A stretch of 64,000 nucleotides of DNA, taken from Cenarchaeum sp. (GTDB lineage Archaea > Thermoproteota > Nitrososphaeria > Nitrososphaerales > Nitrosopumilaceae). The notes beneath the pieces were generated by a model. It saw only the letters and a list, made by a program, of their open reading frames with translations. It made no database searches and was not told where the DNA came from. Positions 20,019-29,807 of the stretch are shown here, one piece after another; positions within the stretch are counted from its first letter, which is position 1; every line of letters begins with the position of its first letter. The stretch is from the NCBI GenBank assembly GCA_963692915.1, contig OY843584.1, positions 800,001-864,000 on the forward strand. Reading direction: 5' to 3'. Position numbers and translations under genes: made by a program.

Positions 20019-20594
20019 TTGAACCCCAAAGACGCATATCGAGAGCTGAGGGAGCAGGTTTACCATCATGACACAGTTTTAGAAGGGCAGAACGGAAGAG
20101 CAAAGTCACTGCTTGCTGTCAGTGCAGTTCTACTCGGGATTATGGGCATTAGTCTAGGAAATTTTGCCGGATTTGTCCATGAAAACTATGTAGTATCTGT
20201 AGACGAGCCAGAGACACTCCCAATCCAGGCAATAGTCGCCACAATGATTCTCGGCATGGCCGGACTTGCCGGGGCGATGATATCAATGATCTTTTCTGTA
20301 CGTGCGCTATATGTGTCACGCATAAACCAACCCATAATGTCTAAAAATTTTGGAAAAGACGGCAACGTGGACAGTGATATGCTGGATGCCTGGATAAAAC
20401 TGCCTGAACGCGAGGCGTACACAGAGCTAATCAAGTCTTGTGTCAGTGCATTACATAGCCGCGAAGAGAACATAGCTAGGATCGGGGCGAGGGCAGGGGT
20501 GGCACAAAGTAGCCTGCTTGCGGGGCTGATCCTCGCCGGTACAGGTGCCATGGTTGCGCTCTCTGTGTTTATCCTGGCGTTCCTGCCCGCATAG
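20019..20594 (+). CDS. hypothetical multi-TM membrane protein
   Basis: About three hydrophobic helices; GGAGG upstream of TTG; paralog at 40911-41300. Confidence 0.7.
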   Translation: MNPKDAYRELREQVYHHDTVLEGQNGRAKSLLAVSAVLLGIMGISLGNFAGFVHENYVVSVDEPETLPIQAIVATMILGMAGLAGAMISMIFSVRALYVSRINQPIMSKNFGKDGNVDSDMLDAWIKLPEREAYTELIKSCVSALHSREENIARIGARAGVAQSSLLAGLILAGTGAMVALSVFILAFLPA

Positions 20595-20636
20595 CACGCG
20601 CGCTAGTGGGGCACGCTGCCCAACTTTAATATAATT

Positions 20637-21317
20637 ATGAACGGCGGCAGGCGCTTAGATAGGCCGTTGCTTGCGATCTTTGACGTCGAGGGTGTGCTCT
20701 TTGATGCCGAGTACCTTCCCATGCTCGCCGAGGAGCGCGGCAAGGAGGACGAGATTTGGGAGATCACGAGGCGCGGCATAGAGGGCACGATCAACTGGGA
20801 GGAAGGCCTGCAAAAGAGGGTCGACATATTGCGCGGCATAGACTATGGCACATGCGAGCGCGTTGCTGACGCGCTGCCCATAATGACAGGCGCGCACGAG
20901 CTCTGCTCGACGCTAAAGGCCGCTGGATGGCGCATCATGGCAGTCTCTGGCGGATTTACGATAATGACTGATCGTCTAAAGCGCGAGCTCGGCCTAGACG
21001 CGATACTCTCCAACGAGCTCGTCTTTGAGGACAACCAGCTTGACGGCGTCCGGATAAAGGTCGGCTCGGACAAGGCGTACGCGGCATCTGCTGCAATCGC
21101 CGAGATGGGCGAGCGTGTCGAGGACACAGTTGCCATAGTCGACGGAGCCAACGACATAAAGCTCTTCGAGATATGCGGCCTCGGAATCGCGTTTCGGGCA
21201 CAGGATATCGTCAGGGAGCAGGCAAGCGCGGTACTCGAGAAAAAGGACCTCATCGACGCGCTCGACGTGATAAACAAGCACTACGGACTGGCCCTCAAGG
21301 CGCCATCCCGCGCCTAG
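20637..21317 (+). CDS. serB: phosphoserine phosphatase (HAD)
   Basis: FDVEGVL, VSGGF, VDGAND. Confidence 0.88.
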   Translation: MNGGRRLDRPLLAIFDVEGVLFDAEYLPMLAEERGKEDEIWEITRRGIEGTINWEEGLQKRVDILRGIDYGTCERVADALPIMTGAHELCSTLKAAGWRIMAVSGGFTIMTDRLKRELGLDAILSNELVFEDNQLDGVRIKVGSDKAYAASAAIAEMGERVEDTVAIVDGANDIKLFEICGLGIAFRAQDIVREQASAVLEKKDLIDALDVINKHYGLALKAPSRA

Positions 21318-21329
21318 GGCGTCGGCGCA

Positions 21330-22079
21330 ATGTCCACACGTGAGCTCTGCGCCGTGCCGGTCAGCATTGACGGCGAGGTTACGCGCGGCCAGAGCCTCGG
21401 TGCTGCCCTGGCGCGCTCGGGCGCAAAGGTGGTCGACGGTGACGTCCTCGTCGTCTCGCAAAAGGCAGTCTCAAAGTCAGAGGGGCGCGTCGTGGAGCTT
21501 GACACCGTCAGCCCGTCTGCGCTTGCGCTCGGCATCGCCGCCGAGTATGGCAAGGACGCGCGCGTCGTGGAGCTCGTCATGGCCGAGGCAAAGCGCATAG
21601 TGCGCATGGGCCATGGCGTCATCATTACAGAGACGCATGGTGGACTCGTGTGCGCCAACTCGGGAGTCGACGAGAGCAACATGCTCGAGGGGCACGCCGC
21701 GCTCCTGCCCGAGGATCCCGACGCGTCTGCGCGGCGCATAAGGGCAGAGATCGCCGAGTCCTGCAGGGCCGATGTCGGCGTCATAGTGTCAGACACGTTT
21801 GGGCGGCCATTTCGAACCGGCCAGGTTGACTGCGCCATAGGGTCTGCCGGAGTCGGCGCCTCACTCGACTATGCCGGGAAACCAGACGCGTTTGGGCGCA
21901 CGCTGCAGACCACAATGATTGCAGTCGCAGACGAGATCGCCGGTGCGGCCGAGCTCGTCATGGGCAAGCTCAACAGGTGCCCCATGGCCATAGTCAGGGG
22001 AGCCGGCCTTGCCATATCGGGGCAGGCCGAGTCGGCATCCACACTCATCAGGCCTGATGACGAGGATCTGTTCAGGTAG
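21330..22079 (+). CDS. cofE: coenzyme F420-0:L-glutamate ligase
   Basis: SKSEGR, ANSGVDESN, LLPEDPDASA, DTFGRPFR. Confidence 0.93.
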   Translation: MSTRELCAVPVSIDGEVTRGQSLGAALARSGAKVVDGDVLVVSQKAVSKSEGRVVELDTVSPSALALGIAAEYGKDARVVELVMAEAKRIVRMGHGVIITETHGGLVCANSGVDESNMLEGHAALLPEDPDASARRIRAEIAESCRADVGVIVSDTFGRPFRTGQVDCAIGSAGVGASLDYAGKPDAFGRTLQTTMIAVADEIAGAAELVMGKLNRCPMAIVRGAGLAISGQAESASTLIRPDDEDLFR

Positions 22080-22158
22080 ACGCGGGTTTGTGCCCTGTTG
22101 CCAGAATCCCTAAACTCTTAAAAGCCAGCCGTCTGTGCGCGTGATCACATTGCGGCAA

Positions 22159-23067
22159 ATGAGGACAGAGCTACACTGCCACAATGTATTTTCCAACTTT
22201 AATGTCGGACCCTTGGAGGCGCCGTATGACTGCAGCGTGGGCGTGCGCGAGCAGCTCGACGGCGCCCTTGCGGCCGGACTAGACGCGATATTTGTCACAA
22301 ACCACAACACGCTTGACGGGTATGAGCAAGCCCGAGAGTACGCCTCGACGCACGAGCGCCATGCCGGCATTGCAGTATATCCGGCCGAGGAGATTACGCT
22401 CGATGACGGCTCGCACGTCATCGCGTACGGCATATCGAGCCGCGTGCGTCCCGGCAGGAACCTCGGAGAGACGCTTGATGCGATTCGCGCGCAGGGCGGC
22501 GTCTCGTCTGCACCCCACCCGTTCAGCATACTAGATGCGCTGCGCGAGCGCGCCGCCGAGTGCGACATCATGGAGGTCTTTAACAGCAACAATGCTGACG
22601 TCATATCCAACGCGCGAGCCGCGTCGTTTGCCGATGAGCGATCCATGATCGGCGTTGCCGGAAGCGACTCGCACGTGGCATCCACGATCGGCAGGTGCGT
22701 GAATGTCATTGACGCCGAGGAGAGCCTCGACTCGGCGCTCGACTCGCTGAGGCGCGGGCGCGTCTCGATATGCGAGGCCGGATATGCGACAGGGAGCGAG
22801 GCTATCGACCACATACGCTACAAGATCGAGAACTCGGCCGAGTATATCGACGAGTACATGGCGCGCTTTTATCCGCGCTCGCGCCACTTTTTTGCGCTAT
22901 TGCTGCGCGCGTTTCGCAAAAACCCCGACAGCCGCCTGTGGATACTCTTGTACCGCATAGCCGTGGCCGGAATGAGGCGCATATCTCGAAAGATAAACCT
23001 CGAGGGGCATGACGCCGAACCGATGGCCGCGCGCAGCCTAGGCGGCATGGCCCGCATGGCGATCTGA
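22159..23067 (+). CDS. PHP-domain metallophosphoesterase
   Basis: ELHCH, TNHN, PHP, GSDSH. Confidence 0.85.
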   Translation: MRTELHCHNVFSNFNVGPLEAPYDCSVGVREQLDGALAAGLDAIFVTNHNTLDGYEQAREYASTHERHAGIAVYPAEEITLDDGSHVIAYGISSRVRPGRNLGETLDAIRAQGGVSSAPHPFSILDALRERAAECDIMEVFNSNNADVISNARAASFADERSMIGVAGSDSHVASTIGRCVNVIDAEESLDSALDSLRRGRVSICEAGYATGSEAIDHIRYKIENSAEYIDEYMARFYPRSRHFFALLLRAFRKNPDSRLWILLYRIAVAGMRRISRKINLEGHDAEPMAARSLGGMARMAI

Positions 23068-23159
23068 GCGGCAAGGGCTGCAGTGTCGCGCACACAACGC
23101 GCCCACACCTTGCCGCCATCACAGAGTTTAATATACACACGGCTCGGCATTGGCAACGT

Positions 23160-23387
23160 ATGGCAGACAAGGAGCTTGACGCGACGGGGCTGTTCTGCCC
23201 CGAGCCGGTCTTTCGCACAAAGATAGAGATTGAGCGCATGCAGGCCGGCTCCACTATTGCAGTAAAGGCCGACGATCCGGCAGCCGAGGACGACATATCA
23301 AAGTGGGCCACGCGTCACGGCCACGAAATCCTCTCGATGAAAAAGGACGGCAACGTCATAGAGTTTGAGATCAAAAAGGGCAAGTGA
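23160..23387 (+). CDS. tusA: TusA/SirA-family sulfur carrier
   Basis: LDATGLFCPEP motif. Confidence 0.9.
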   Translation: MADKELDATGLFCPEPVFRTKIEIERMQAGSTIAVKADDPAAEDDISKWATRHGHEILSMKKDGNVIEFEIKKGK

Positions 23388-24385
23388 GCATGCAAAAATC
23401 GGCTAGCGCGCAGGACATACTCGCAAAGGTGGGCAACACGCCACTCGTGCTCCTTGACTCGCTCTCTGATGACACCAAAAAGTTTCACGCAAAGCTCGAG
23501 GGTCACAACCCGTTTGGCTCAGTCAAGGACAGGGCCGCATACTGGATGATACGCGAAGCCGAAAAGGAGGGTCTCATCAACCGCACACGCCGCACGATAA
23601 TAGAGCCCACATCAGGCAACACCGGAATCGCGCTGACCGGAATCGCGCGCCTTCTCGGCTATAACGCCGAGATTGTCATACCCGAAAAGGCCAGCGACGA
23701 GACAAAGCGCATAATCAGGGCGATGGGCGCCGCAGTCCACGAGACGAGTGATGACCTGTGCCCAAAGGTCGGGGCAGGAACCGACCAGAGCATCGCGCTG
23801 GCCACGTCGATAGCATCAAACCGGCCCACCGAATACTATTCGCCAAACCAGTACGCAAACGAGGCCAACTTTGCCGGCCACTATCGCGGAACCGGACCGG
23901 AGCTCTGGGAGCAGACTGGCGGCAAGATCACGCACTTTTTCACCGGAGTCGGAACCGGCGGCACGATAACTGGCGTCGGGACATTCCTAAAGGAGAAAAA
24001 CCCCGACATCCGCATAGTCGGCTGCCAGCCGCAAAAGGACCACCTCATCCAGGGGTGGCGCAACTTTGACGAGTCAGCCAAGCCCGACCTGTTCCTAAAG
24101 CGCCAGGACGTCGTCGACGAGTGGGCGCACGTGACTAATGCCGAGGCCTTTGGCGTCGTTCGCGAGATACTCGAGGCCGACGGCATGCTAGTCAGCCCGT
24201 CCTCGGCCGCAGTGTATGCGTGCATGAAAAAGCACGATGTGAACCCTGGCGCGTGCGCCGTTGGCCTCTTTGCCGATGACGGGCGCAAGTTTGAGAGCGT
24301 GTATGTGGGGCAGAAGATAATGACCAAGGCCGAGTTTGATGACGCGCTTGCGCGCTCGTCGAACATGTCCGAGACGTTCTACTAG
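23384..24385 (+). CDS. PLP-dependent cysteine synthase family protein
   Basis: GNTPLV, KLEGHNPFGSVKDR, TSGNTG, GTGGT. Confidence 0.9.
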   Translation: MSMQKSASAQDILAKVGNTPLVLLDSLSDDTKKFHAKLEGHNPFGSVKDRAAYWMIREAEKEGLINRTRRTIIEPTSGNTGIALTGIARLLGYNAEIVIPEKASDETKRIIRAMGAAVHETSDDLCPKVGAGTDQSIALATSIASNRPTEYYSPNQYANEANFAGHYRGTGPELWEQTGGKITHFFTGVGTGGTITGVGTFLKEKNPDIRIVGCQPQKDHLIQGWRNFDESAKPDLFLKRQDVVDEWAHVTNAEAFGVVREILEADGMLVSPSSAAVYACMKKHDVNPGACAVGLFADDGRKFESVYVGQKIMTKAEFDDALARSSNMSETFY

Positions 24386-25410
24386 GCGCTCTCGGCGAGA
24401 TAGCGGTCTGCGCTGATTGCGGCCATGCAGCCAAATCCCGCCGCCGTGATCGCCTGCCTGTACGTGTGGTCATGGACGTCACCGGCCGCAAAGACGCCCT
24501 CGACGCTCGTCTGCGCGCCGTCCTTGAGGACGACGTACCCGCGCGCGTCAAGCTCGACCTGGCCCACAAAGAGCGCCGTCGTAGGATCGTGGCCAATGGC
24601 CACAAAGACACCGCCTACATCAACGCGCTTCTCAGAGCCTGACGAGTCGCGCATCATCACGCTCTCCACGCGCGAGTCACCCGATATGTCGCTAACCGTG
24701 GTGTTTAGGTGCATGTCAATCTTTTCGTCTGCCCTGGCGCGCTCTTGCATTATCGTGCTGGCCCTAAAAGAGTCCCTCCTGTGCACGAGGTGAACGCGAC
24801 TGGCAAACTTTGTCAAAAATGTCGCCTCCTCCATGGCCGAGTCGCCTCCGCCGACTACGACTAGCTCCTTGCCGCGAAAGAACGGCCCGTCGCATGTCGC
24901 ACAGTACGACACTCCCTTGCCGGCGAGTGTCTCCTCACCAGGGATTCCGAGCTTTCTGGGGCTCGCCCCAGTCGCTATGATGACCGTGCGCGCGACATAC
25001 TCTTCAGACGCCGTCATTACCCTGAACGGCCTGCGCCTAAAGTCGACATTGGTCACCTCGTCATCGACAATAGTCGCGTCCATCCTCGCAGTCTGCGCGC
25101 GCATGGCGATCATGAGGTCAGGTCCCATGATGCCCTTTTCAAAGCCCGGATAGTTCTCCACGTCAGTCGTGTTGACGAGCTGCCCGCCGGGGAGTATGCC
25201 AGAGAGTATGAGCGTGTCGCGCCGCGCGCGCGACGTGTATATTCCGGCCGTGTATCCGGCCGGACCGGCCCCTATGATAATCACGTCAAATGACGTCTTT
25301 TTTTTCGCCGGCGCATCGGGGCGCGCCTTTGGGGTAGCTGCCTCCCCAGGGCTGCCCTTGACCCCGTCATCCCTCTTTTCTAGCACCTGTGCTGCGGATC
25401 CCGACATCAT
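24382..25410 (-). CDS. trxB: thioredoxin reductase
   Basis: GAGPAG, CATC, GGGDSA, AAGDV..YRQA. Confidence 0.96.
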   Translation of the reverse strand: MMSGSAAQVLEKRDDGVKGSPGEAATPKARPDAPAKKKTSFDVIIIGAGPAGYTAGIYTSRARRDTLILSGILPGGQLVNTTDVENYPGFEKGIMGPDLMIAMRAQTARMDATIVDDEVTNVDFRRRPFRVMTASEEYVARTVIIATGASPRKLGIPGEETLAGKGVSYCATCDGPFFRGKELVVVGGGDSAMEEATFLTKFASRVHLVHRRDSFRASTIMQERARADEKIDMHLNTTVSDISGDSRVESVMMRDSSGSEKRVDVGGVFVAIGHDPTTALFVGQVELDARGYVVLKDGAQTSVEGVFAAGDVHDHTYRQAITAAGFGCMAAISADRYLAESA

Positions 25411-25437
25411 TCGCACCGGCGGCGAGCGCACGCAGAT

Positions 25438-26193
25438 TTAAGTCAAACCGCCATCGATGAGGCCCGAGTGCCTTGCGCACAGCGACCCGGCGACGTTCAG
25501 CCGAATCACGTCGGCCTGCCAGTGCGAGTCGGCAAGCCTGCATTCAGGCTCGGCGCAGAACGCCTCTCCGGTCAGCGCATAGGCGACTGCCTGCATCGCG
25601 TATCCCTCGATGACGGTGCGCATGCGAGCGTCGCCGGCGACTAGGTGGTCGGCCGCATGGGCCGCCTCGACGGGATCCTCGTCGTCGCCTGCGGCCCTGC
25701 ACGCCATGATATCGGCATAATAGCGCCTAGAGCGCGCCGGTCCCCACACTGCGCCGGCAGTCGAGAGGAGTGACGGGTTTGATGCGACGACTGGGCGCGC
25801 GTGATACCTTGCGTCAGCGTCATCATACGTGCCGACTAGGAGGTCAGTCACCATGATGTGCAGCGAGCCTCCGGGAACCGCTCCGGGGCCGGCCACCGCA
25901 AGGGCCGCGCGCAGGAGCTCGTGGCCGTCATGGAGTCCGGGCACGGCGCGCGCGTCTTTGTCATCACGCTGGCGCCAGAACGGCCTAGTCGTGTCAGTCA
26001 CAATGCATGACTCTGTTGGCCCTCCGGCACCTGCGCGCAGGATGCCGGCCCCGCCGCGAATTGGCGCTGTGTCAATTCCAAACGTCGAGGAGAGAGACTG
26101 CGCGAGGAGGCCGATGTCTATGCCAACTTGTGCCTGCCAGTCATGGACGACGATCTCGCGCGGCCTGCGCGCGACACCAGCCCTACCTGCCAA
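25438..26193 (-). CDS. conserved archaeal hypothetical protein, possible metallopeptidase fold
   Basis: D.RYHAR, NPSLLS, C..P.CRL..SHWQ...LC..H Cys cluster. Confidence 0.6.
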   Translation of the reverse strand: MAGRAGVARRPREIVVHDWQAQVGIDIGLLAQSLSSTFGIDTAPIRGGAGILRAGAGGPTESCIVTDTTRPFWRQRDDKDARAVPGLHDGHELLRAALAVAGPGAVPGGSLHIMVTDLLVGTYDDADARYHARPVVASNPSLLSTAGAVWGPARSRRYYADIMACRAAGDDEDPVEAAHAADHLVAGDARMRTVIEGYAMQAVAYALTGEAFCAEPECRLADSHWQADVIRLNVAGSLCARHSGLIDGGLT

Positions 26194-26998
26194 TCTCCTT
26201 TAGCTTTGTCGCAGTGACCTGCGCGGCCTTGCGTCCCGAAAAGAGCATCGAGCCAAACGTCGGACCCATGCGCGCCAATCCAAACGTCTCGGTGACGGAC
26301 ATTCCGGCTACGACGAGTCCGGGGTATATCTCGCCGGTCTTTTCGACGACGGCGTCCTCCTCGTTGACATGCATTGGCTGCATGCCCTTCCACTCGACGA
26401 GTCCGCGATCCTCTAGCCTCTTTACGGCAACAGAGTCATGTCCGGACGAGTCGATGACCATCTTTGCCTCCAGCGCGACAGGGTCGACGCACGTGATGTT
26501 GCGCGGCAGTGCCGAGACTGGCATCCAGTTGACAACTAGGCCACAGACGCGGCCGTGCTTTAGGACAAGATCGTCGAACTTTGTGAGCTGTAGAAACTTT
26601 ACCCCCGCGTCACACGCGTTGGCGATGAGCTTTGAGACCGCATGCGGGCCCGGTGTCAGGTAGAGTCCCTCGCTGACCTGCTTGTAGGGTATTCCAAGCT
26701 CCTCCCACATCTTTTGGGCAGGCGCGCGAACCGTCACGGGGTTCATCATGTATCCGCCAAGCCAGTACCCGCCCCCGAGATAGTTGTTCTGCTCTACGAC
26801 GAGAACCTTGTGGCCCATTGCGGCAAGCTCGCCGCTAGCCGTCAGGCCCGCAGGGCCGGCACCGATAACGATAACATCAGACTCTGCGCACTCCATGAGC
26901 ACGGTGTGGAACTCTGTTGCGATTGCACGCGTGATCTCGGCCTCGTTCACGCTTGCAAACATGGTCGGCGTGTCGCTGACTCCCACTGATCTCTGCAC
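26183..26998 (-). CDS. thi4: thiazole synthase Thi4
   Basis: GAGPAGL, GGGYWLGG, CVDPV, RMGPTFGSM; start GTG 26998 or ATG 26962. Confidence 0.93.
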   Translation of the reverse strand: MQRSVGVSDTPTMFASVNEAEITRAIATEFHTVLMECAESDVIVIGAGPAGLTASGELAAMGHKVLVVEQNNYLGGGYWLGGYMMNPVTVRAPAQKMWEELGIPYKQVSEGLYLTPGPHAVSKLIANACDAGVKFLQLTKFDDLVLKHGRVCGLVVNWMPVSALPRNITCVDPVALEAKMVIDSSGHDSVAVKRLEDRGLVEWKGMQPMHVNEEDAVVEKTGEIYPGLVVAGMSVTETFGLARMGPTFGSMLFSGRKAAQVTATKLKEIGR

Positions 26999-27191
26999 GA
27001 GCCAAAGTGCCGCTCGCGTGCCTTTAATACCTTCGCGGAAGGAGCCGGTCGCATTCAGGCTAAAACCGGCCTGCTGCTGCATTCCTGCGATCCGGCGCTG
27101 TGCAGCAGACCGCCGGGACGCGCGATTGTGCCAGCGTCGGGAGACCATGCCATACAAGCTTTAAAGTGATCCCTGTTGCGCGCGCGCGGCG

Positions 27192-28475
27192 GTGGCGCGT
27201 GTGGTCGACAGCGGCGTTCGCATGGTCTATGTGCTCCTTGACGGCGTGGGAGACCTTCCAAACCCCGATCTTGGCGGCAAGACGCCCCTAGAGGCCGCGC
27301 ATACGCCATCGATGGACTCGATGGCCCGCAACGGCTCACTAGGCGACGCGATCACGGTGGGTCGCGGGATCGCCCCCGAGTCTGACATTGCAGTTTTCAA
27401 CATGCTAGGCTACACGTTTGGCTCCGAGTATCCCGGCCGCGGCGTCATCGAGTCGATAGGCTCTGGAGTCGACTTTGCTGACGGGGATCTTGCGCTGCGC
27501 GGAAACTTTGCGACGCTAGGCGAGGGCGGGATCATCACGGATCGCCGCGCGGGACGCACAATCAACAGGGAGGACGCCATGGCCGTCGCGCGCGAGATCG
27601 AGGAGGGCGTGCGCTTTTCGCATCCCGGCGCGAGCGTTGTCATCAGGCCCACGGTAGGCCACAGGGTGAGCGTGCGCATACGCGTCAAGGGCGAGGGTCT
27701 CCTGCCCGAGATCACCAACACCGACCCCGCCTACGAGCGCGTCGGCGGCATGGGAGTCGCGCGCGATGCTGCCGCCGAGATGAGGATTGCCGCAGCATCG
27801 GCCATCTCATCAGAGCCCGGTGCTGCCCTTGCCGCACGCCTTGTCAACGACCTTGACTGCGAGTCGCGCCGCATAATGGCGGCGAGTCGCACGAATGCAG
27901 GGCGCAGGGAGCGCGGCGAGAAGGAGCTCGGGTGCATACTCTTGCGCGATGCGGGCTGTAACCGGCCGCGCGTGCGCCCCATAGGCGATGTCCACTCGCT
28001 CTCGTTCTCGTGCATCGTCGACATGCCAGTGGAGATCGGCATTGCGCAGGTTCTCGGCATGAAGGCGTATGAGGCCGGCGACGGGACAGACTATGCAAAA
28101 AAGGCCAAAGTAGCAGCTGAGGCGATGGAGCGCCACAACGTGATGTATGTCCACCTAAAGGGACCTGACGAGTTTGGCCATGACGGTGATGCGGCCGGAA
28201 AGGTTCGCAGCATTGAGGATATTGACTCTGGGTTTTTTGCGCCGCTCCTCGAGCGCATCGGTGACAATGTTGCAGTAGCCGTGTCCGCTGACCACTCGAC
28301 GCCATGCACGCTGCGCGGCCACAGCGATGATCCTGTTCCCGTCCTAGTCTCGGGCAGCATGGTCAGTCGCGACTCGTCATCTAGGGTGACAGAGGCCGAG
28401 GCGCGCAACGGCGCCATTGGCCACATTGCCGGCTCCAAGGTCCTCAAGACCGCGCTGTCGATGGCCGGATCATGA
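27192..28475 (+). CDS. apgM: archaeal 2,3-BPG-independent phosphoglycerate mutase
   Basis: LLDGVGD, TPLEAAHTP, DEFGHDG, ADHSTP, HSDDPVP. Confidence 0.92.
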   Translation: MARVVDSGVRMVYVLLDGVGDLPNPDLGGKTPLEAAHTPSMDSMARNGSLGDAITVGRGIAPESDIAVFNMLGYTFGSEYPGRGVIESIGSGVDFADGDLALRGNFATLGEGGIITDRRAGRTINREDAMAVAREIEEGVRFSHPGASVVIRPTVGHRVSVRIRVKGEGLLPEITNTDPAYERVGGMGVARDAAAEMRIAAASAISSEPGAALAARLVNDLDCESRRIMAASRTNAGRRERGEKELGCILLRDAGCNRPRVRPIGDVHSLSFSCIVDMPVEIGIAQVLGMKAYEAGDGTDYAKKAKVAAEAMERHNVMYVHLKGPDEFGHDGDAAGKVRSIEDIDSGFFAPLLERIGDNVAVAVSADHSTPCTLRGHSDDPVPVLVSGSMVSRDSSSRVTEAEARNGAIGHIAGSKVLKTALSMAGS

Positions 28476-29031
28476 ATGGTTCAACGCTGCGCGAGGACAC
28501 CATGGACGAGACTGCATCGCGCACTGCGGCAATATTGATCCCGCCATACTCGGATGGCGCACCGTGCAGCTTTTTTGCCGCGCGTGCCAGTATCGACAGC
28601 GATATGCTATCCTCGTCCTTTTGGTGATGGACTAGCGCAGCAGCAGCAAGTATGATTCCCTGGATGGTGTCGCGCTCGACGCTCTGCTGCGCGCATGATG
28701 CCCAAAGACCTTCGAGTGCCTCGTGTGACTCCCAAAAGCGCTCGCCGTTAAAGTGATCCACGCCCTCGCGAATGGCCGCAGTCGCACCCGCATAGCCCTC
28801 GACGAGGTGGCGCGCGCGCACTAGGGCGCCGATGGGCTCGAGGAGGCCGACCAGCTCGTCGATGTGCGGCTGATCGACGCTAATGTCGAGCTCCACGTGC
28901 GGCGTGGCAACCCTCACGTCGCGAACCGTGCGCTTAAGGCCAGAGGTCAGCTCGCGTGCACGGGCCAGTATGTCGTGCGCCTCGCGTGGGGAGTGCCCGC
29001 GGTTCTCGAGATGAACCATGAACCTGTCCAT
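28444..29031 (-). CDS. DUF309-domain protein
   Basis: FNGERFWESHEALEGLW motif. Confidence 0.85.
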   Translation of the reverse strand: MDRFMVHLENRGHSPREAHDILARARELTSGLKRTVRDVRVATPHVELDISVDQPHIDELVGLLEPIGALVRARHLVEGYAGATAAIREGVDHFNGERFWESHEALEGLWASCAQQSVERDTIQGIILAAAALVHHQKDEDSISLSILARAAKKLHGAPSEYGGINIAAVRDAVSSMVSSRSVEPFMIRPSTARS

Positions 29032-29091
29032 GGAGGGCTCGGTGCCGTCATGGCCAATTAAGGTTTATATCCACGCATGAGCCGGTGCGCC

Positions 29092-29634
29092 GTGTTGCCA
29101 TCCATAAAGACGCTAAGCGACGTCAAGAACGAGTTTCTTGCTAGGCGCGAGCTCGTGTGCGACTTTGAGGACGCCTCTGGCAGGATAAAGAGGGCAGAGG
29201 CGATCGAGGCAGTCTCCAAGGAGCACGGCCTAGACGGCAAGCTCGTCATACCGGTCAGGCTGCAAAACCACGTGGGCCGGACACACACGACAGGGACGTT
29301 CTTTGTGTACGATGACGAGACTGTCGCAAAGGCCCACATCGACCACTCCATCATGGAGCGGATTGAAAAGTCAAAGGCCGCCGGCAAGGGAGCAGCAGAC
29401 GATCAGGGCGACGGCAAGGCCGACGCGTCAGGCGGTGAAGAAAAGCCCGAGGCAGCAGAGAGCGCCGGCAAGGGAGCTGCAGACGATCAGGGCGACGCCA
29501 AGGCCGACGCGTCAGGCGGTGAAGAAAAGCCCGAGGCAGCAGAGAGCTCCGGCAAGGGAGCTGCAGACGATCAGGGCGACGCCAAGGCCGACGCGTCAGG
29601 CGGTGAAGAAAAGCCCAAAGGGGACGGCGAGTGA
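29092..29634 (+). CDS. rps24e: 30S ribosomal protein S24e with repetitive acidic tail
   Basis: N.FL.RRE motif; adjacent to rps27ae. Confidence 0.85.
   Translation: MLPSIKTLSDVKNEFLARRELVCDFEDASGRIKRAEAIEAVSKEHGLDGKLVIPVRLQNHVGRTHTTGTFFVYDDETVAKAHIDHSIMERIEKSKAAGKGAADDQGDGKADASGGEEKPEAAESAGKGAADDQGDAKADASGGEEKPEAAESSGKGAADDQGDAKADASGGEEKPKGDGE
29380..29616 (+). repeat. 84-bp (28-aa) in-frame tandem repeat, about 2.8 copies
   Basis: [11 protein letters not shown][GA][16 protein letters not shown] units start at 29380, 29464, 29548. Confidence 0.95.
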
Positions 29635-29807
29635 TGGCAGGCAGAAAGGGATCAAGCCCCAAGATTCACACATACTACAAGATAGAGTCAGACAAGGCGA
29701 CGAGGCTCAAAAAGGTCTGCTCGCGCTGCGGCAAGGGCGTCTTTATGTCCGAGCACAAGGGTCGCCACACGTGCGGCAAGTGCGGCCTGACCGAGTTTGG
29801 TCAATAG
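29634..29807 (+). CDS. rps27ae: 30S ribosomal protein S27ae (not in ORF track)
   Basis: [16 protein letters not shown]...[26 protein letters not shown]. Confidence 0.95.
   Translation: MAGRKGSSPKIHTYYKIESDKATRLKKVCSRCGKGVFMSEHKGRHTCGKCGLTEFGQ

Noticed and set aside
19980-20021. Stop-codon readthrough (in-frame TGA and TAG) joining the 34-aa peptide to the membrane gene
   Set aside because: A GGAGG precedes the TTG, and the second copy has an extra in-frame stop; two separate genes is the simpler explanation.
27000-27160. TPP riboswitch upstream of thi4
   Set aside because: No CUGAGA/TPP consensus is visible, and the TATA-like box lies only ~25 nt from the start.
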